The notes below the pieces were generated by a model. That model searched no databases, was not told the origin of the DNA, and saw nothing but the letters and a program-made list of their open reading frames with translations. The translations under genes were made by a program, and so were the position numbers. From positions 227,912,001 to 227,976,000 of the forward strand of contig OZ024740.1 in the NCBI GenBank assembly GCA_964016885.1: a DNA stretch of 64,000 nt, in the 5' to 3' direction. Below, one piece after another: positions 51,691 to 64,000 of the stretch. The stretch's first letter is position 1. Every line of letters begins with the position of its first letter. This DNA is from Eledone cirrhosa. Taxonomy: Eukaryota.

Positions 51691-53608
51691 CCGTGTTTCC
51701 CCCATTATAAGCACCCCCCGAAAATAAGCCGTCAGGATGGATTTAATATAAGCCATGCCCCGAAAATAAGCCGTAGCAAAAATGAACGCCAAAAGAAAGA
51801 AATGGCCAGCTATGAAAATTGGCGCTATCAGCCATTACAGAACAGGATTGTATCTTAATGTAAAACTAACTGATAAGCGGGTGTATAAGAAGTTTGTGGA
51901 ATGCACGGAAGTGAAAAAAATCGATAATGAAATTAACGAAAGGAAAGGGGGAAGTGCGTGCCATCAATATTGTTTATGCAAATGCGGGTACAAACCGGAA
52001 GTAGTGGCTTATCAGTAACTTCAGGGGAGAAGATCATTTTCAGCCCTAGACAAGATGAAAGGAAGAGTTATACAGTCGAGTACAAGAAAAGAATTGTGGA
52101 AGAATGACTGGGCAAAAATCTTACTATTTTCTACAAAGAAAAGAATCTGAATCTCCGAATGGTTCAAAGGTGGAGAATGGGCTACGATAAACTCAGTCAG
52201 GACATGGACGAGGGAAATGCAAAGAAACGTAAGCGTGGATCTGGTCGACACCAATATTTCTTGAGCTGGAAGACGCCATTTGTGAATGGATTGTTGAAAG
52301 AAGAGTCAGAGCTTTGGTTGTTCACAGAGCTGATATTCAAACATTTTCCCTTATAAATGCACTCGAGTTTGGTGTAGTTCCAGAAGAATTCAAAGCATCC
52401 AAACACTGGCTGGATAATTTCCTTCAGTGACACGAATTTTCTCTGAGAAGATCGACAACACTGTTCAAACTGGACGATACTGTGATTATTAAACGTGCAC
52501 TCGCATTTAAGTCTTTTGTTGATGGAATAGACTTTTCTAACTACCGTCTCTCCAACATGATTGCTATGGATGAAACAGCAGTATTCATGGGTCAAAGCTC
52601 TCAATCTACAATTGATCAAAGGGGTGCGTCGTCAATTACATCCACTGATTACGAAAGTGCACGAGTTACGTGTATCTTGGCAATTCGTCTCGACGGAAGC
52701 AAAGCCCCACCTCTTATCATCACTAAAGGCAAGAAAGATAAAATTGAACGCGTTTCAGGTATCTGTGTTCTGGAAACTGAAAAGGCGTGGTGCACACAGG
52801 CAGTTTTAAGGAAGTCAGTCGATTTCATGCTGCCATTGATTTTGCGTGGAACCCAAAGAGGTCTCATAGTCTGGGATTCAGCCAGCACGCACCGCGCCAA
52901 AGATATGAAGAACTTTCTTGCAGAAAGAAGAATCGATCAAATCATGATTCCCGCAGGAATGACCGCCTATTTCCAGACTCTTGACATCGCACTGAATAAA
53001 CCATTCAAGGACCATCTGCGCATGGAAATAAATGACTACATCGAAAACAGAATGGCGAGAAATGAGCGGGGAAATTTCGTGAAGCCCATCCTTCAAGAGA
53101 TCGTGACTTGGGTGGGAAATTCATGGAACAAAATCACAGATAGCTGCGTCATGAATGCACTACGAGCAGGCTATCTGGATAAGAACTCTCCATTCAATTC
53201 GACCTCTATCGCTCAACATGAAAGACTAGGGGCGAAAATTCTGCAGGCAATTAATTGAGTCACAAGAAAATTCCACAGGAATCATTGAATCCACTGATTT
53301 GGAAAACAATGACATTCCAGAGTAGGATGACATGATTATTTTTTAATAAATTAGTGGATTATTTCGTTCATGAGTTTTTGAATTAAAAGGTGTGTTCATT
53401 TTTAATAAATTTGATCTTTCAAGTAAATGTTGCGCGTAAATGCCGATTGTTTTTTCGTAATTTCCAATCATTTAGCGAATTTGTAATTTTCAGTTTCGTA
53501 GTGTCGTTTTTTCGGGATATGAACCCCCTCCCCCGAAAATAAGCCGTAGTGGTACATTTCGGAGTAAAAATTAATATAAGCCATGGCTTATAATCGGGGA
53601 AAACACGG
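51691..53608 (+). mobile_element. pogo-superfamily DNA transposon (DD35D, Passer-like), full-length but inactivated
   Basis: TIRs ccgtgtttcccc.attataagc / gcttataatcggggaaaacacgg in a TA context. Subterminal ccccgaaaataagccgt repeats. Confidence 0.92.
52055..53258 (+). pseudogene. pogo transposase (Brinker-like DBD remnant, HTH_Tc5, DDE_1)
   Basis: SYTVEYKKRIVEE, FKASKHWLDNF, IAMDETAV, IVWDSASTH and QTLDIALNKPFK, with 35 residues between the last two catalytic Asp. Stops and frameshifts in the N-terminal part. Confidence 0.9.
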
Positions 53609-53645
53609 CATATACATATATATATCTAATCTAATGAAATATACG

Positions 53646-54391
53646 TGTAGTGGATAAGTGGTATTCTTTTGATGGGTGTTTGTTGAAAAGAATAATGCCA
53701 GGATTGTGTTGTTAACAATGTTTATTTTACAACCACAATATTCACTATGAACATCGAGTAATAAAATTTATGACATGAATTATCACTACATTGATTACAG
53801 GCTAACTTCTACGAGTTAAATGCATGTATTACAGAAAACGATATAGTAAAAGTTGTGTTGTATCTTACAGATACAATATGACAGGAAGAATAGGGTGAGC
53901 GTAGAATGTAAACAGTATGAACTTACTATGTGTGTGTGGTGGGTGTGCCTATTCTTAGAATACATTATTATCGTAGTAGTAGTGGTCAATCTGTCAGGCA
54001 GGCATGGCTGGCTGTCTGGTTGTGTCTGTGGCCGAGAAAGTGACAACCACTAAGGGCCAGGAGAGAGATAGAGTGAAAGGTCTGCTACATCGTGAACCTT
54101 AACACGGACTGCTTGCTTCGGTCTCTCTGGTCATTAGATTCCTTAACTCCTTGTATTTATAATAGTGCTATAGTTAGAAGGATGTGTACATGAGATTGAT
54201 TTATGATCAGCCATGTGGATATTGTCTCCCAGGAAGCTGGGATCAGAGGTCAAGTGGTATGTACGTTTATCATCGTTGACTTGACAGGACAACGGTGGGA
54301 AACTTTCCAATAATGGGTGGTCCCAGAGCCGAGAAACCTAAGATTCGGTTTCGAATCTTCACCGGTAAAACATAGGAGTATTCCGTTATAT
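53646..54391. repeat. Second copy of the 5775-7085 repeat, lacking ~410 bp
   Basis: Colinear similarity, with junction tttatgacat|gaattatcactac. Confidence 0.75.
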
Positions 54392-54906
54392 ACGTACAGT
54401 AGTACATATCAACTTTAACTGGAGATAATCTGTATTGAATGTAAGAACACATGGTTCATTTCGGTATCATATTAAAATTTAACAAAAATTTTAAATATAG
54501 ATACCTGATAAAAATAATATTTTCCCTTCATACGTATCCTTCAGAAATCATGAATACGTTTCACCAAAAATGTCAGTGCAGTTAGATGATCAATCTGGAT
54601 CGTTAGTAAAGGAAAATCGATCCATCTGAACTTACACACGTTACATACAAAGATTTATAAATGGAGATATCCACTTAATTTTCACTAGACAAGATGGTAG
54701 GAAGTTCAATGTGTTATGATTATTAATCAGGCTGATCAAATAAAATCCAAAGTAAGATCCGAAAGATTGGAAAATAACCGGCATCACAGAGCATTAATAT
54801 GCATTTAAAGAAAACGGAAAGTTTTTAGGGTTTTAAATCCCTATATATAAAGCGAAATGACAGGACGCTAAATATGTTGAATTTCCTTAATTTTTTATTT
54901 CTTCAA

Positions 54907-54966
54907 ACACTATGCACATTTCAGTACCAGGTTGCGTAAGAAACCAGTGACATCTTCTTCAGGTGT
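54907..54966 (-). ncRNA. Type I hammerhead ribozyme
   Basis: acac-CUGAAGA-ag...ggtt/tcttacgc/aacc...ct-GAAA-tgtgca-UA-gtgt. Confidence 0.65.
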
Positions 54967-55080
54967 AATGCATACCAACGGAATGGTGGTAGACTTTAAG
55001 GAAACAAGCACAGAAAAAAAAGTGGAAAAAATGTGTTTATGCTTTTCACTCAGAGGAATGAGCCAGCATGTTGCCACACT

Positions 55081-55161
<81 letters not shown>

Positions 55162-55857
55162 TTCCCATACGTGTTATGCCATTATATAAATGTTAAATAA
55201 CTCTATTATTATTTATGCTATAAAATGTCACATTTTTGCCTGTTCAGTTTTTTTACTGCCAAAATTGTGACTTTTTCTCTTGTGATTTAATTTCCGTTCA
55301 CCATCGGATTTGCTAGAACAACATACCTTGCACCTGTCAATTCTTTTCCCTAGCACCGCCTTTCATTTAATAACATTTCGGAGTTCTGTATATATATATA
55401 TATATAATGTGAAGTTTTCGGTTATTGTTGAAGAGGATGATAAACACAACAAATAGTAATAATTTGAGTTAGATATATAACTTTACTTCACTTCAGCAAA
55501 AGGGGAAAAGAATATGATTACTTCGAATCATAAAAATATAGTTTGATGATAGCACTCTCAAATGAATAAAGTGTTTAAAAAGGCCTCTGTGTTTTCTGGG
55601 GAATCTTTGTTTAATATGTTGTGCTCGATTAAAAAGTGACAAGTTATAGTCAGACAGTTTTACCAGCATAGGTAGTAGTAAGCTCGTAGTGCAAGGAGGC
55701 TGTGTTGCCTATATGAAGAGGAAAATGACTCAGTGCGGTTGAAGTGCTGATGGAAGAAATGCTGTTAGACCCTAAGCTGGGAAGACTACTGACGCCAACC
55801 GATATAGCAGTCAAATGTTATTCGGGGGTCAGTATGTGCGAAGAGATATCGCTAGAG

Positions 55858-55898
<41 letters not shown>

Positions 55899-55899
55899 A

Positions 55900-56089
55900 T
55901 TATTTCTACTTTTGGCACAAGGCCAGCAATTATTCCAGTACATTACTGGTACTTTATTTTATCGACCCCGTAAGGATGAAAGGCAAAGTTAACCTCGGCG
56001 GGATTTGAACTCAGACCATAAAGGGCCGTAACTCTTTGCTGCAAAGCATGGCGTCCGACCCTCTACCGATACTGCCAATCCACCGCCCT
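55900..56089 (-). mobile_element. Full-length tRNA-derived SINE
   Basis: gggcggtggattggcagtatcggtagagggtcggacgcc...gagttcaaatcccgccgagg...ggccttgtgccaaaagtagaaa. Confidence 0.9.
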
Positions 56090-56451
56090 TTTTATTCATT
56101 ATATATATATATATATATATATAATGAATAAAAATAACGAGTTAAATTACATTTAATTAAAAACAAATAACGAAACGAAATTAAATTTCGTTTCGTTTGT
56201 AACTCACTTTTGTATGACTGACGCTTAAACAATTAAGTTAAAAATGTACATCCACATATGTATACTGAAATACTAGTATGCATATGAATACACACACGTA
56301 TACATATGTAGATGTACCGAGTTTTTCACTGGTCACTTTACTGTGAGTGTCCAGCTATTCTGTATGTAAACACACAGACAAACCGGTTTTTAGAGTCATA
56401 CTGGTTTTTGAGGAAACACCTTTCCTCTATTCTCCAGAAAGCCAGGCAAGG

Positions 56452-56496
56452 AATATTGAACTAGTTTCGATGTTGTTACATCTCATCAGCAATATT
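56452..56496 (-). ncRNA. Minimal type I hammerhead ribozyme (unit 1)
   Basis: Reverse complement of 57300-57344. Confidence 0.9.
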
Positions 56497-56917
56497 TACC
56501 TATCTTCCGGCCTCTCTAGAGAATCGTAAAAGCACATATCGTTATATGCTTTTTCTATGAAAATTAGTAGTGGGCAGACTAATTTGCATAGAGCGTGAGT
56601 ACGTACCGGTTCAACGGAGACGATAAAAACAAATAACGAAACGAAATTAAATTTCGTTTCGTTTGTAACTCACTTTTGTATGACTGACGCTTAAACAATT
56701 AAGTTAAAAATGTACATCCACATATGTATACTGAAATACTAGTATGCATATGAATACACACACGTATACATATGTAGATGTACCGAGTTTTTCACTGGTC
56801 ACTTTACTGTGAGTGTCCAGCTATTCTGTATGTAAACACACAGACAAACCGGTTTTTAGAGTCATACTGGTTTTTGAGGAAACACCTTTCCTCTATTCTC
56901 CAGAAAGCCAGGCAAGG

Positions 56918-56962
56918 AATATTGAACTAGTTTCGATGTTGTTACATCTCATCAGCAATATT
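56918..56962 (-). ncRNA. Minimal type I hammerhead ribozyme (unit 2)
   Basis: Identical motif 466 bp from unit 1. Confidence 0.9.
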
Positions 56963-57299
56963 TACCTATCTTCCGGCCTCTCTAGAGAATCGTAAAAGCA
57001 CATATCGTTATATGCTTTTTCTATGAAAATTAGTAGTGGGCAGACTAATTTGCATAGAGCGTGAGTACGTACCGGTTCAACGGAGACGATAACTTAATTG
57101 TTTAAGCGTCAGTCATACAAAAGTGAGTTACAAACGAAACGAAATTTAATTTCGTTTCGTTATTTGTTTTTATCGTCTCCGTTGAACCGGTACGTACTCA
57201 CGCTCTATGCAAATTAGTCTGCCCACTACTAATTTTCATAGAAAAAGCATATAACGATATGTGCTTTTACGATTCTCTAGAGAGGCCGGAAGATAGGTA

Positions 57300-57344
57300 A
57301 ATATTGCTGATGAGATGTAACAACATCGAAACTAGTTCAATATT
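57300..57344 (+). ncRNA. Minimal type I hammerhead ribozyme (inverted unit)
   Basis: aatattg-CUGAUGA-gatg/taacaa/catc-GAAA-ctag-UU-caatatt. Confidence 0.9.
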
Positions 57345-58106
57345 CCTTGCCTGGCTTTCTGGAGAATAGAGGAAAGGTGTTTCCTCAAAAACCAGTATGA
57401 CTCTAAAAACCGGTTTGTCTGTGTGTTTACATACAGAATAGCTGGACACTCACAGTAAAGTGACCAGTGAAAAACTCGGTACATCTACATATGTATACGT
57501 GTGTGTATTCATATGCATACTAGTATTTCAGTATACATATGTGGATGTACATTTTTAACTTAATTGTTACATTTAATTATTTAATTGATTTACGAACGTT
57601 TCTATCAATACTGTAAGAAAATACATTTCCTCAGTAATGATTGCTTCAGAATCTATTAAACAACCTAAATAACATAATTATTTACCAACAACATGTCCGA
57701 ACATTTCCGTTCCGAAAACGTAAACAGATCTAAAATACAGTTGGGAAAACGTTATGGAAGACTAAGCACGTAATTAAAATTTATTAGTAATAAAAATATA
57801 ACGTGCAGAGACTAAAACTTACTTTGTTTGACTTTTACACTTTAATGAAAATATACTACATTCTGAAATAATTGTTTCTACTTTTGGCACAAGGCCAGCA
57901 ATTATCTGGTACTTTATTTGATCGACCCTATAAGGATGAAAGGCAAAGTTAACCTCCGCGGGATTTGAAGTCAGACTGTAAAGGGCCGTAACTCTATGCT
58001 GCAAAGCATGGCGTCTAACCCTCCACCGATACTGCCAAATGTTATAGGAATACAACTAGAGCTTACAAATTTAATATATATAACTTATATATATATATAT
58101 ATATAA

Positions 58107-58168
<62 letters not shown>

Positions 58169-58214
58169 AGAAGAGAGACGGTTTTAAATGTACATCCTCT
58201 GTTTATTATATAAT

Positions 58215-58285
58215 CCTGTTATGCGTATTTCGAAGGCGTCAAAGTGATTGCATAATAACCCTTTGACGTGTTCTCTTCAGACAGG
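58215..58285 (-). ncRNA. Type I hammerhead ribozyme with long stem II
   Basis: cctgt-CUGAAGA-gaa..cgtcaaag...ctttgacg..ttc-GAAA-tacgca-UA-acagg. Confidence 0.8.
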
Positions 58286-58334
58286 TGAAAATTTGTGGTG
58301 TTTTTATTTTTTATATGCTACTGGAGTTATGAGC

Positions 58335-61300
58335 GTTGTGGTAGCAGTCCACACCAGTAGTCATACGATTTGTCATATGATGGTGTCTCTCCACGATCTC
58401 ATTTCCACTCTGCCTGTACGCCACTCTGAAGAAGCAGCTCACATTCTATCCATCGAGCACCTTCTTCAGCACTTGTTATCCATCAACAGGTCATCCGTGC
58501 GATTTCCTCTGCAGTCACCACCTTCATCTACCTCCATATTGCCATTCGCACTTTTCCCGCATCTTCTGACGCTTCCAGCCAGGTTTTCTTCACCCTCGTT
58601 AGGATGTTCGCCCTAAGGTCACAAAGACCACACTCAACTTCAGGCCGAACTAAGCAACTACTCTTCCAGAGTTCCATGGTGGTGCTATATTAACATTCTT
58701 GCCGCCCCTCTCGTTCGCACTCTCCTCTCACTAGTAAACTCTGATCTCACCGATCCGAGTTCAGTGGCCAAATCAATACGAATTTCTATCGTGGGCAACC
58801 CCTATCTCAGAGCGAGATTCAATCCATTCAGCACGGCGTCCAATTCGCCCACGTTGATGTGGTTGCAGCCCTCCTTCCTGAGCCAGGCTGCGCCTTCGAC
58901 CGCGACATCCCCTATTTTCAGAGCGACTCCTAGCGCTATGCTGCTGGCATCATACAATACGGTCCCATTCCCCGATTTGAGTACGTACCAGCTTCCTCTT
59001 ACTGGGTCATCCACCTTTACCCTCTCTACGATATGTCGCATCATGGCCACCATCCTCTCTCCTACTCTGTCTCCCCAGCTCACCCCATCTGCTCATATCT
59101 TGACATAGCTGCATGCTGTTCATGCCACTCCATGATTGTGTAGTGGCCCAACAGTTTCCCCCACATTGAGAAAAGTTCTCGTCTGTCTATGCCGGGACCC
59201 AGCTCTGGGACTTCATTTTCTCTTCGAAATACCAATGTGCCCATCTTGTCTCCTCGCAGCTTGAGTCCCAGAACGGCTCCTCCTTCCATCACCTCGGGTG
59301 GTTTCGCAGTTAACCCGAACCTTCCTAGGCGGATTGAGACCTCTGTTGCCGACTCCATGGTCCCATTAACCAAGATATCGTCGTTGTAGGAATTGGTGGC
59401 CCTCTTCACCTTGTCCATCTTCCCCAGAATGGCCTTGAGAACCATCGCCATGATCTTTGGTGGCGAATTCAACCCGAACTTCAGCCTGATCAGGCAATAT
59501 GTCTGGCCCTTATACCTGACCAGATATACTTCCACAGTTTCTAAGCTACATGTAGCTGCAGATATATCGACTTTAAGTCGACAATCGTAGAGAACTCCGT
59601 CATTTGTCTCCACTATTGCAATATTTCCCTGCAGACATCTGTGACCTCACCGCCTGTGTGACACAACACGTGTTCATTCAGTTCACGAAAGTCCAGCACC
59701 GGTCTCACCATATTCTTAGTTGGTTGCACTACTGCCATTAACGGCAACACTCCGCTCTTTCTTCAAAGAGATTAATATGCCCTCCTCGACCCATCTTTGC
59801 CCCTCTCCCTCAAACTCACTTCTAACATCCCATTTCACTGCATGCTGATAGCAGCTCACCCTATTCTTCAACGTCGGGGCCTCTCCTTTCCAGTACCACT
59901 CAAATATCCACCGCTGACCATCTAACACAGCCATGAAATCCTGGTCTTGTATGGTTTGAACAGCACATTTTCTTCATGGATCTCTCTGTTCTCCTGTTGC
60001 ACACTTATGGCACATGGTGTTCTCACGTTACCAGATGTTACCCAATATTCACTCACTGTAACGCCTCCTAAGCAGCCAATCTCATCCATGCCCATTACCA
60101 CGTCAATTCAATCCACCATGTGATCGATTACGATCGCCCGCAACCTTATTTTCATTCCTCATACCACCATCTCCACCTCACTGCTACCTCTGCATCTAAT
60201 CTCCCTGCCGTGGACTGCCCTTACACCTCCGGGTTCATTAATATCGTTGTGCAACCTTGTGACAGCTTACCCCACCAGAACTTCCACTACGTGTAGCGAC
60301 AGTCAGAGCGCCTCTATTTGCTTCCGAGGGTAGCTATCGCCACAGTAACTCTCCTTTGACCGTTACCCTGGTTGCAATTGTTGACGATGTGACCTGCCCG
60401 CTTACATCAGTAGCAAATTACATCAGGCTTCGGCTCCCTGCAGTCCCTTGCCATTTGCAGACCCTGACACTTGAAACGCTGGCCTCAGAACATCCGCGGC
60501 GAGCGTTCACGAGGGTTCCTCTCTCCTCACCGTTCATCGATCGTTGTCGACTGCTATGAGCTTCCGTTGCTGCTAACGCGGTAACATTGCGCTCAACGCC
60601 TCCTGTCACTACGCGGGCCTGTGTGATTAGCTTGCTCATGTCAATTTTGTTGTTGCCCGGCAACTGTTGGAGCCCCATCGAAATTTCGTTGGGGAAACCG
60701 TTCGCGAATGCCATCCGCACGACCCTTTTCAGATTCTCTCCTGTGAATTCAGCTAATGTAGCGAACCCCTGGATTTCTGCCGCAAATACATCCATCCATT
60801 TCACTTTGCCTTGCTTGGCAAAAGTAGCATAAGGTCCCCCAGTGAATGCTTCCTTAAGGCCTTGCTCTATCTTCTCCGCGTTCAACTGATCTGGCTGGTC
60901 CATTTCAAGATATTATGCTAATGTGTCGCCGTCAAGATACAGTGCCATGAAGCCAGCCACATGTTCGATGCCTTGCAGTATGGCGACCAATTCCATCTTT
61001 CTAACCCAAATGATATCATCCCCCTCGCCGCTGAAGGCTTTAACTGCATCCCCACCTTCTTTTATTTTCGTCGCCATATTGTCTGCGAGGTTGGAGAACA
61101 TAAAAAAAACAAGCATGCCGAAAATACCTTGTCGTAAGAAGCGAAGAGACCTACCTTTGCGTCTCCATTCGAGTCCGAACTGAATCTCCTTGCGCGGATG
61201 TTCACCTGTTTTACGTCCCGCCAAAAAAATATAGCGAGTCTCACAAACTCAGTCATAGCACTCATAAACATACACGTCCACACGGTACAGCTTCCTGGCC

Positions 61301-61396
61301 AAAGAGGGTGCAAAAGAGCCACGGACTTCTGATGTCACGTCACTGTTGCCTCGCTTTCGTCAAGACTTCTCCTGTACTTCCGGCACTCTAGCCACA
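58335..61396 (-). mobile_element. Gypsy/Ty3-type LTR retrotransposon, degenerate; 5' LTR 61396-61080, no 3' LTR or integrase core recognised
   Basis: TG...CA LTR followed by PBS-like tggcgacg. gag (AFSGEGD..W..KMELVA; MALYLDG). RT (RPVLDFRELN, RLKFGLNSPPKI, SYNDDILV). RNase H (YDASSIALGV, HINVGELDAV). Confidence 0.85.
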
Positions 61397-61685
61397 TACT
61401 GAGGCACCACCGTTAAGTCAATCATATCGACCCCAGTACATATTTTAACGATCCGCTAAGTTACTGAATATAAACAAAGATACTAAGATAAACGCATGAA
61501 TTCATATGATATTATTATAATAATAATTAGTTTTGTTTCTTTTTATTTGTCACAATAATATATATCTCCAAGATGACCCACTGAATAAACACGTGTGGTT
61601 TTTTTCTCCCCATTTTTTTCTCATTTTCCCTGTTCCGTCCTCTCACCACTCTTTACTTTCTATTTATCTTCTATTTCTAACTTTA

Positions 61686-61721
61686 TCTTCTGATGAAGGA
61701 CTAGTATCAGAAACGTTAAGA
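61686..61721 (+). ncRNA. Minimal PLE-type hammerhead with decayed stem II
   Basis: tctt-CUGAUGA-aggactagtatca-GAAA-cg-UU-aaga, with palindromic aacgtt. Confidence 0.6.
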
Positions 61722-61902
61722 CTCTCTTCCTGCTATTTCAAGCGTTAAACTTATATATTTCTTCCATGTACTGTGCCGTTTGTTTTGTTATTTTTGTTTA
61801 CGTTTTATACACACACACATATATGTGTGTGTATGTATGTATATTGTTATACTTTGTTATATATGTATATTGTTATATTGTTATATATATATATATATAT
61901 TG

Positions 61903-62040
<138 letters not shown>

Positions 62041-62149
62041 GCATGCTGTCAATAAACTCCCTCCCAAAGTATAACAATATCTGTTTCAACACACATTTTC
62101 AGATAAAAAAATCTTGCAAAACAAGTATAAAATCGAAGTATATAAATAT

Positions 62150-62392
62150 ATGCAATCACACGGTTTCAGGTTTGGTTCCACCGCGTGTTACCTAGGCTTA
62201 TACAATAGCTTTGGATTGATCAATACATTGAGAGTGGAATTTGTGAGATGGAAACTGTAGAAGCCAGTCAAATATTATAATACATTGATCAATCCAAAAC
62301 TATAGTATAAGACAGTTACCCAAGGTGCCGCGCGGTGGGACTGAACCCGAAACCATGTGATGGCGAAGCGAACTCTTTAACCACATAGCCAG
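62150..62392. mobile_element. Third tRNA-derived SINE family, two partial copies in inverted orientation
   Basis: Minus-strand head ggctatgtggttaaagagttcgc..ggttcagtccc. 62155-62230 is the inverse of 62280-62360. Confidence 0.6.
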
Positions 62393-62583
62393 GATTTCGC
62401 CTATGTTGTTAAAAAAATATTTTCTTTTGAAATATCTTTCTTATTTTTATTTTTATATACGAGGCTCAACTGAAAAGTTCATAGTCTGACCAAGATACTC
62501 TCATGGAACGACCAAATGAGGTTTATTTTTCAACATAGTCCCTGGAAGGAAATATTGCAGTTATTAAGAAGAAAAGTTGAAAT

Positions 62584-63143
62584 TAATTGCTTCTACTTTT
62601 GGCACAAGGCCAGCAATTATCCCAGTGCATTACTGGTACTTTATTTTATCGACTCGGGCGGGATTTGAACTCAGACCATAAAGAGCTGTGATTCAATGCT
62701 GCAAAGCATGGCGTCCGTCTCTCTACCGATATTGCCAATCCATCGCTCTACAAGTTAAATAATTGTTTCTACTTTTTGGCACAAGGCCAGCAATGACCCA
62801 GTACATTACTGGTACTTTATTTTATTGACCCCATAAGGATGAAAGGCAAAGTTAACCTCGGCGGGATTTGAACTCAGAATGGCAAGGGCCGTAACTCTAT
62901 GCGTCAAAGCATGGCGTCCGACCCTCTACCGATACTGCCAATCCACCAGTTAAATAATACTTGTTTCTACTTTAGGCACAAGGCCAGCAATTACCCAGTG
63001 CATTACTGGTACTTTATTTTATCGACCCCGTAAGGATGAAAGGCAAAGTCAACCTCGGCGGGATTTGAACTCAGATCGTAAAGGGACGTAACTATGCTGG
63101 AAAGCATGGCGTCCGACACTCTACCGATACTGCCAATCCACCA
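62584..63143 (-). mobile_element. Three tandem tRNA-derived SINEs
   Basis: About 195-bp period, each with A/B boxes. Confidence 0.9.
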
Positions 63144-64000
63144 GTTAAATAATACTGAAGAGTTATCTCCCTTGCACCATCCAGCGGGAAGTGTAAAAGA
63201 TTGTCTGACGGAAGGAATTTCGTGGTGTTTTGAGTTCCAGAGAACTGCAGGTTTGATAAAGAGGAACGTGGAAAATACTTAGTGTTGAATTTAAAGGATA
63301 AGACAACGTGTTTAGTGTGGGGTGTAGAGGGTGATATAACATAGGAAAGACGAATGAAATAGTAACATATGCATCGGCTGCGTTGTCTGTGAGTTCAGGA
63401 AAATAAAGTAAATTTTTTCTTTAATCTCAGAAAAAGGTAGTTTATTTAAAACTTACATCGATGAAACGTTTCGGCATAAAAACTATTGAAAACACATGAG
63501 CTCCTGTTTAAATTTTATTTTTCAAGCCAAAATGTGACATTTTTTCCCCCTGTGAATTTATTTCCATTCATTGAATCTTTGCCAGTCAGTTAGATGGCTT
63601 TCTATAAAACATAATTTAGAACTGCAGATCCCAGCCTGTGGTTCACAGATCCCTGGCGAATGTAGAAGTGGTGATCCATGAGCCAAGTTTAATATTTCAA
63701 GAAGCTGCAGTGTAAATGTATAATTACTCACAATATGATTGATATAATTTAAACTTTCAAATTTTAATGCCAGGAAATTCTGAAAAGGAGTTTGTTGTTA
63801 GTTAATAAAATTAGTTTGTTGAGTAGATAGATCTTTCAAACGTCTGGGGACTAAGGGGGAAAAGGACATCTTGCTGTAGAAACCAGGCCAGAAACACCAC
63901 CCCAACCTAGGTGTAGATTATGTCACCTCCCATTCACCCTTTTTCTTCTGTTGCCTAATAGTCCTTGCACTTTTCCTCCTTTTCTTTTCATTTATAGCAT

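Larger units (their letters stand above)
56158..57568. mobile_element. Retrozyme-like array: two tandem 466-bp units plus one inverted, circularly permuted unit; 13-bp TSD
   Basis: Units start at 56158 and 56624. The inverted unit 57091-57568 begins and ends with aacttaattgtt. ttacatttaatta occurs at 56147-56159 and 57567-57579. Confidence 0.9.

Noticed and set aside
55900-56089. tRNA gene suggested by A/B boxes
   Set aside because: No complete cloverleaf. The head is always joined to the same body in more than 20 copies, so it is a SINE.
56347-57449. Identical 60-aa ORF in three copies
   Set aside because: It starts at GTG, is antisense to the ribozyme, and is not preserved in the 4085-4738 copy; a by-product of the repeat.
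57588-57640. Minus-strand CUGAGGA...GAAAcgUU hammerhead candidate (and acgtttcg at ~63467)
   Set aside because: Stem II and stem I are poorly paired, or the CUGANGA box is missing.

Overview
AT-rich, almost entirely repeat-derived animal DNA. The dense (TA)n/(CA)n/(GA)n microsatellites and the abundant tRNA-derived SINE family look like an octopus/cephalopod genome; that is an inference from repeat content. I found no host protein-coding gene I can support. Recognisable elements are a young 5'-truncated Penelope-like element (PLE; RT plus GIY-YIG, with an inverted pseudo-LTR), Tx1/L1, CR1, RTE/RTE-X and CRE-like LINE remnants, a Gypsy-type LTR element, a pogo DD35D transposon, a Helitron fragment, hAT/piggyBac/mariner MITEs, SINE arrays and two minisatellites. 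The main unannotated signal is about 14 type I hammerhead-ribozyme motifs (some degenerate) from roughly 9 sequence families. The best case is a non-coding, hairpin-rich 466-bp unit present in tandem, inverted and circularly permuted copies at 4085-4738 and 56158-57568. Its hammerhead shows a compensatory stem II change between loci, so it is a candidate retrozyme/viroid-like circular RNA, probably mobilised by PLEs. The second highlight is a 4.7-kb Merlin-like composite element with ~790-bp TIRs. Both TIRs contain a captured Tx1 LINE 3' end, and they enclose a Helitron.
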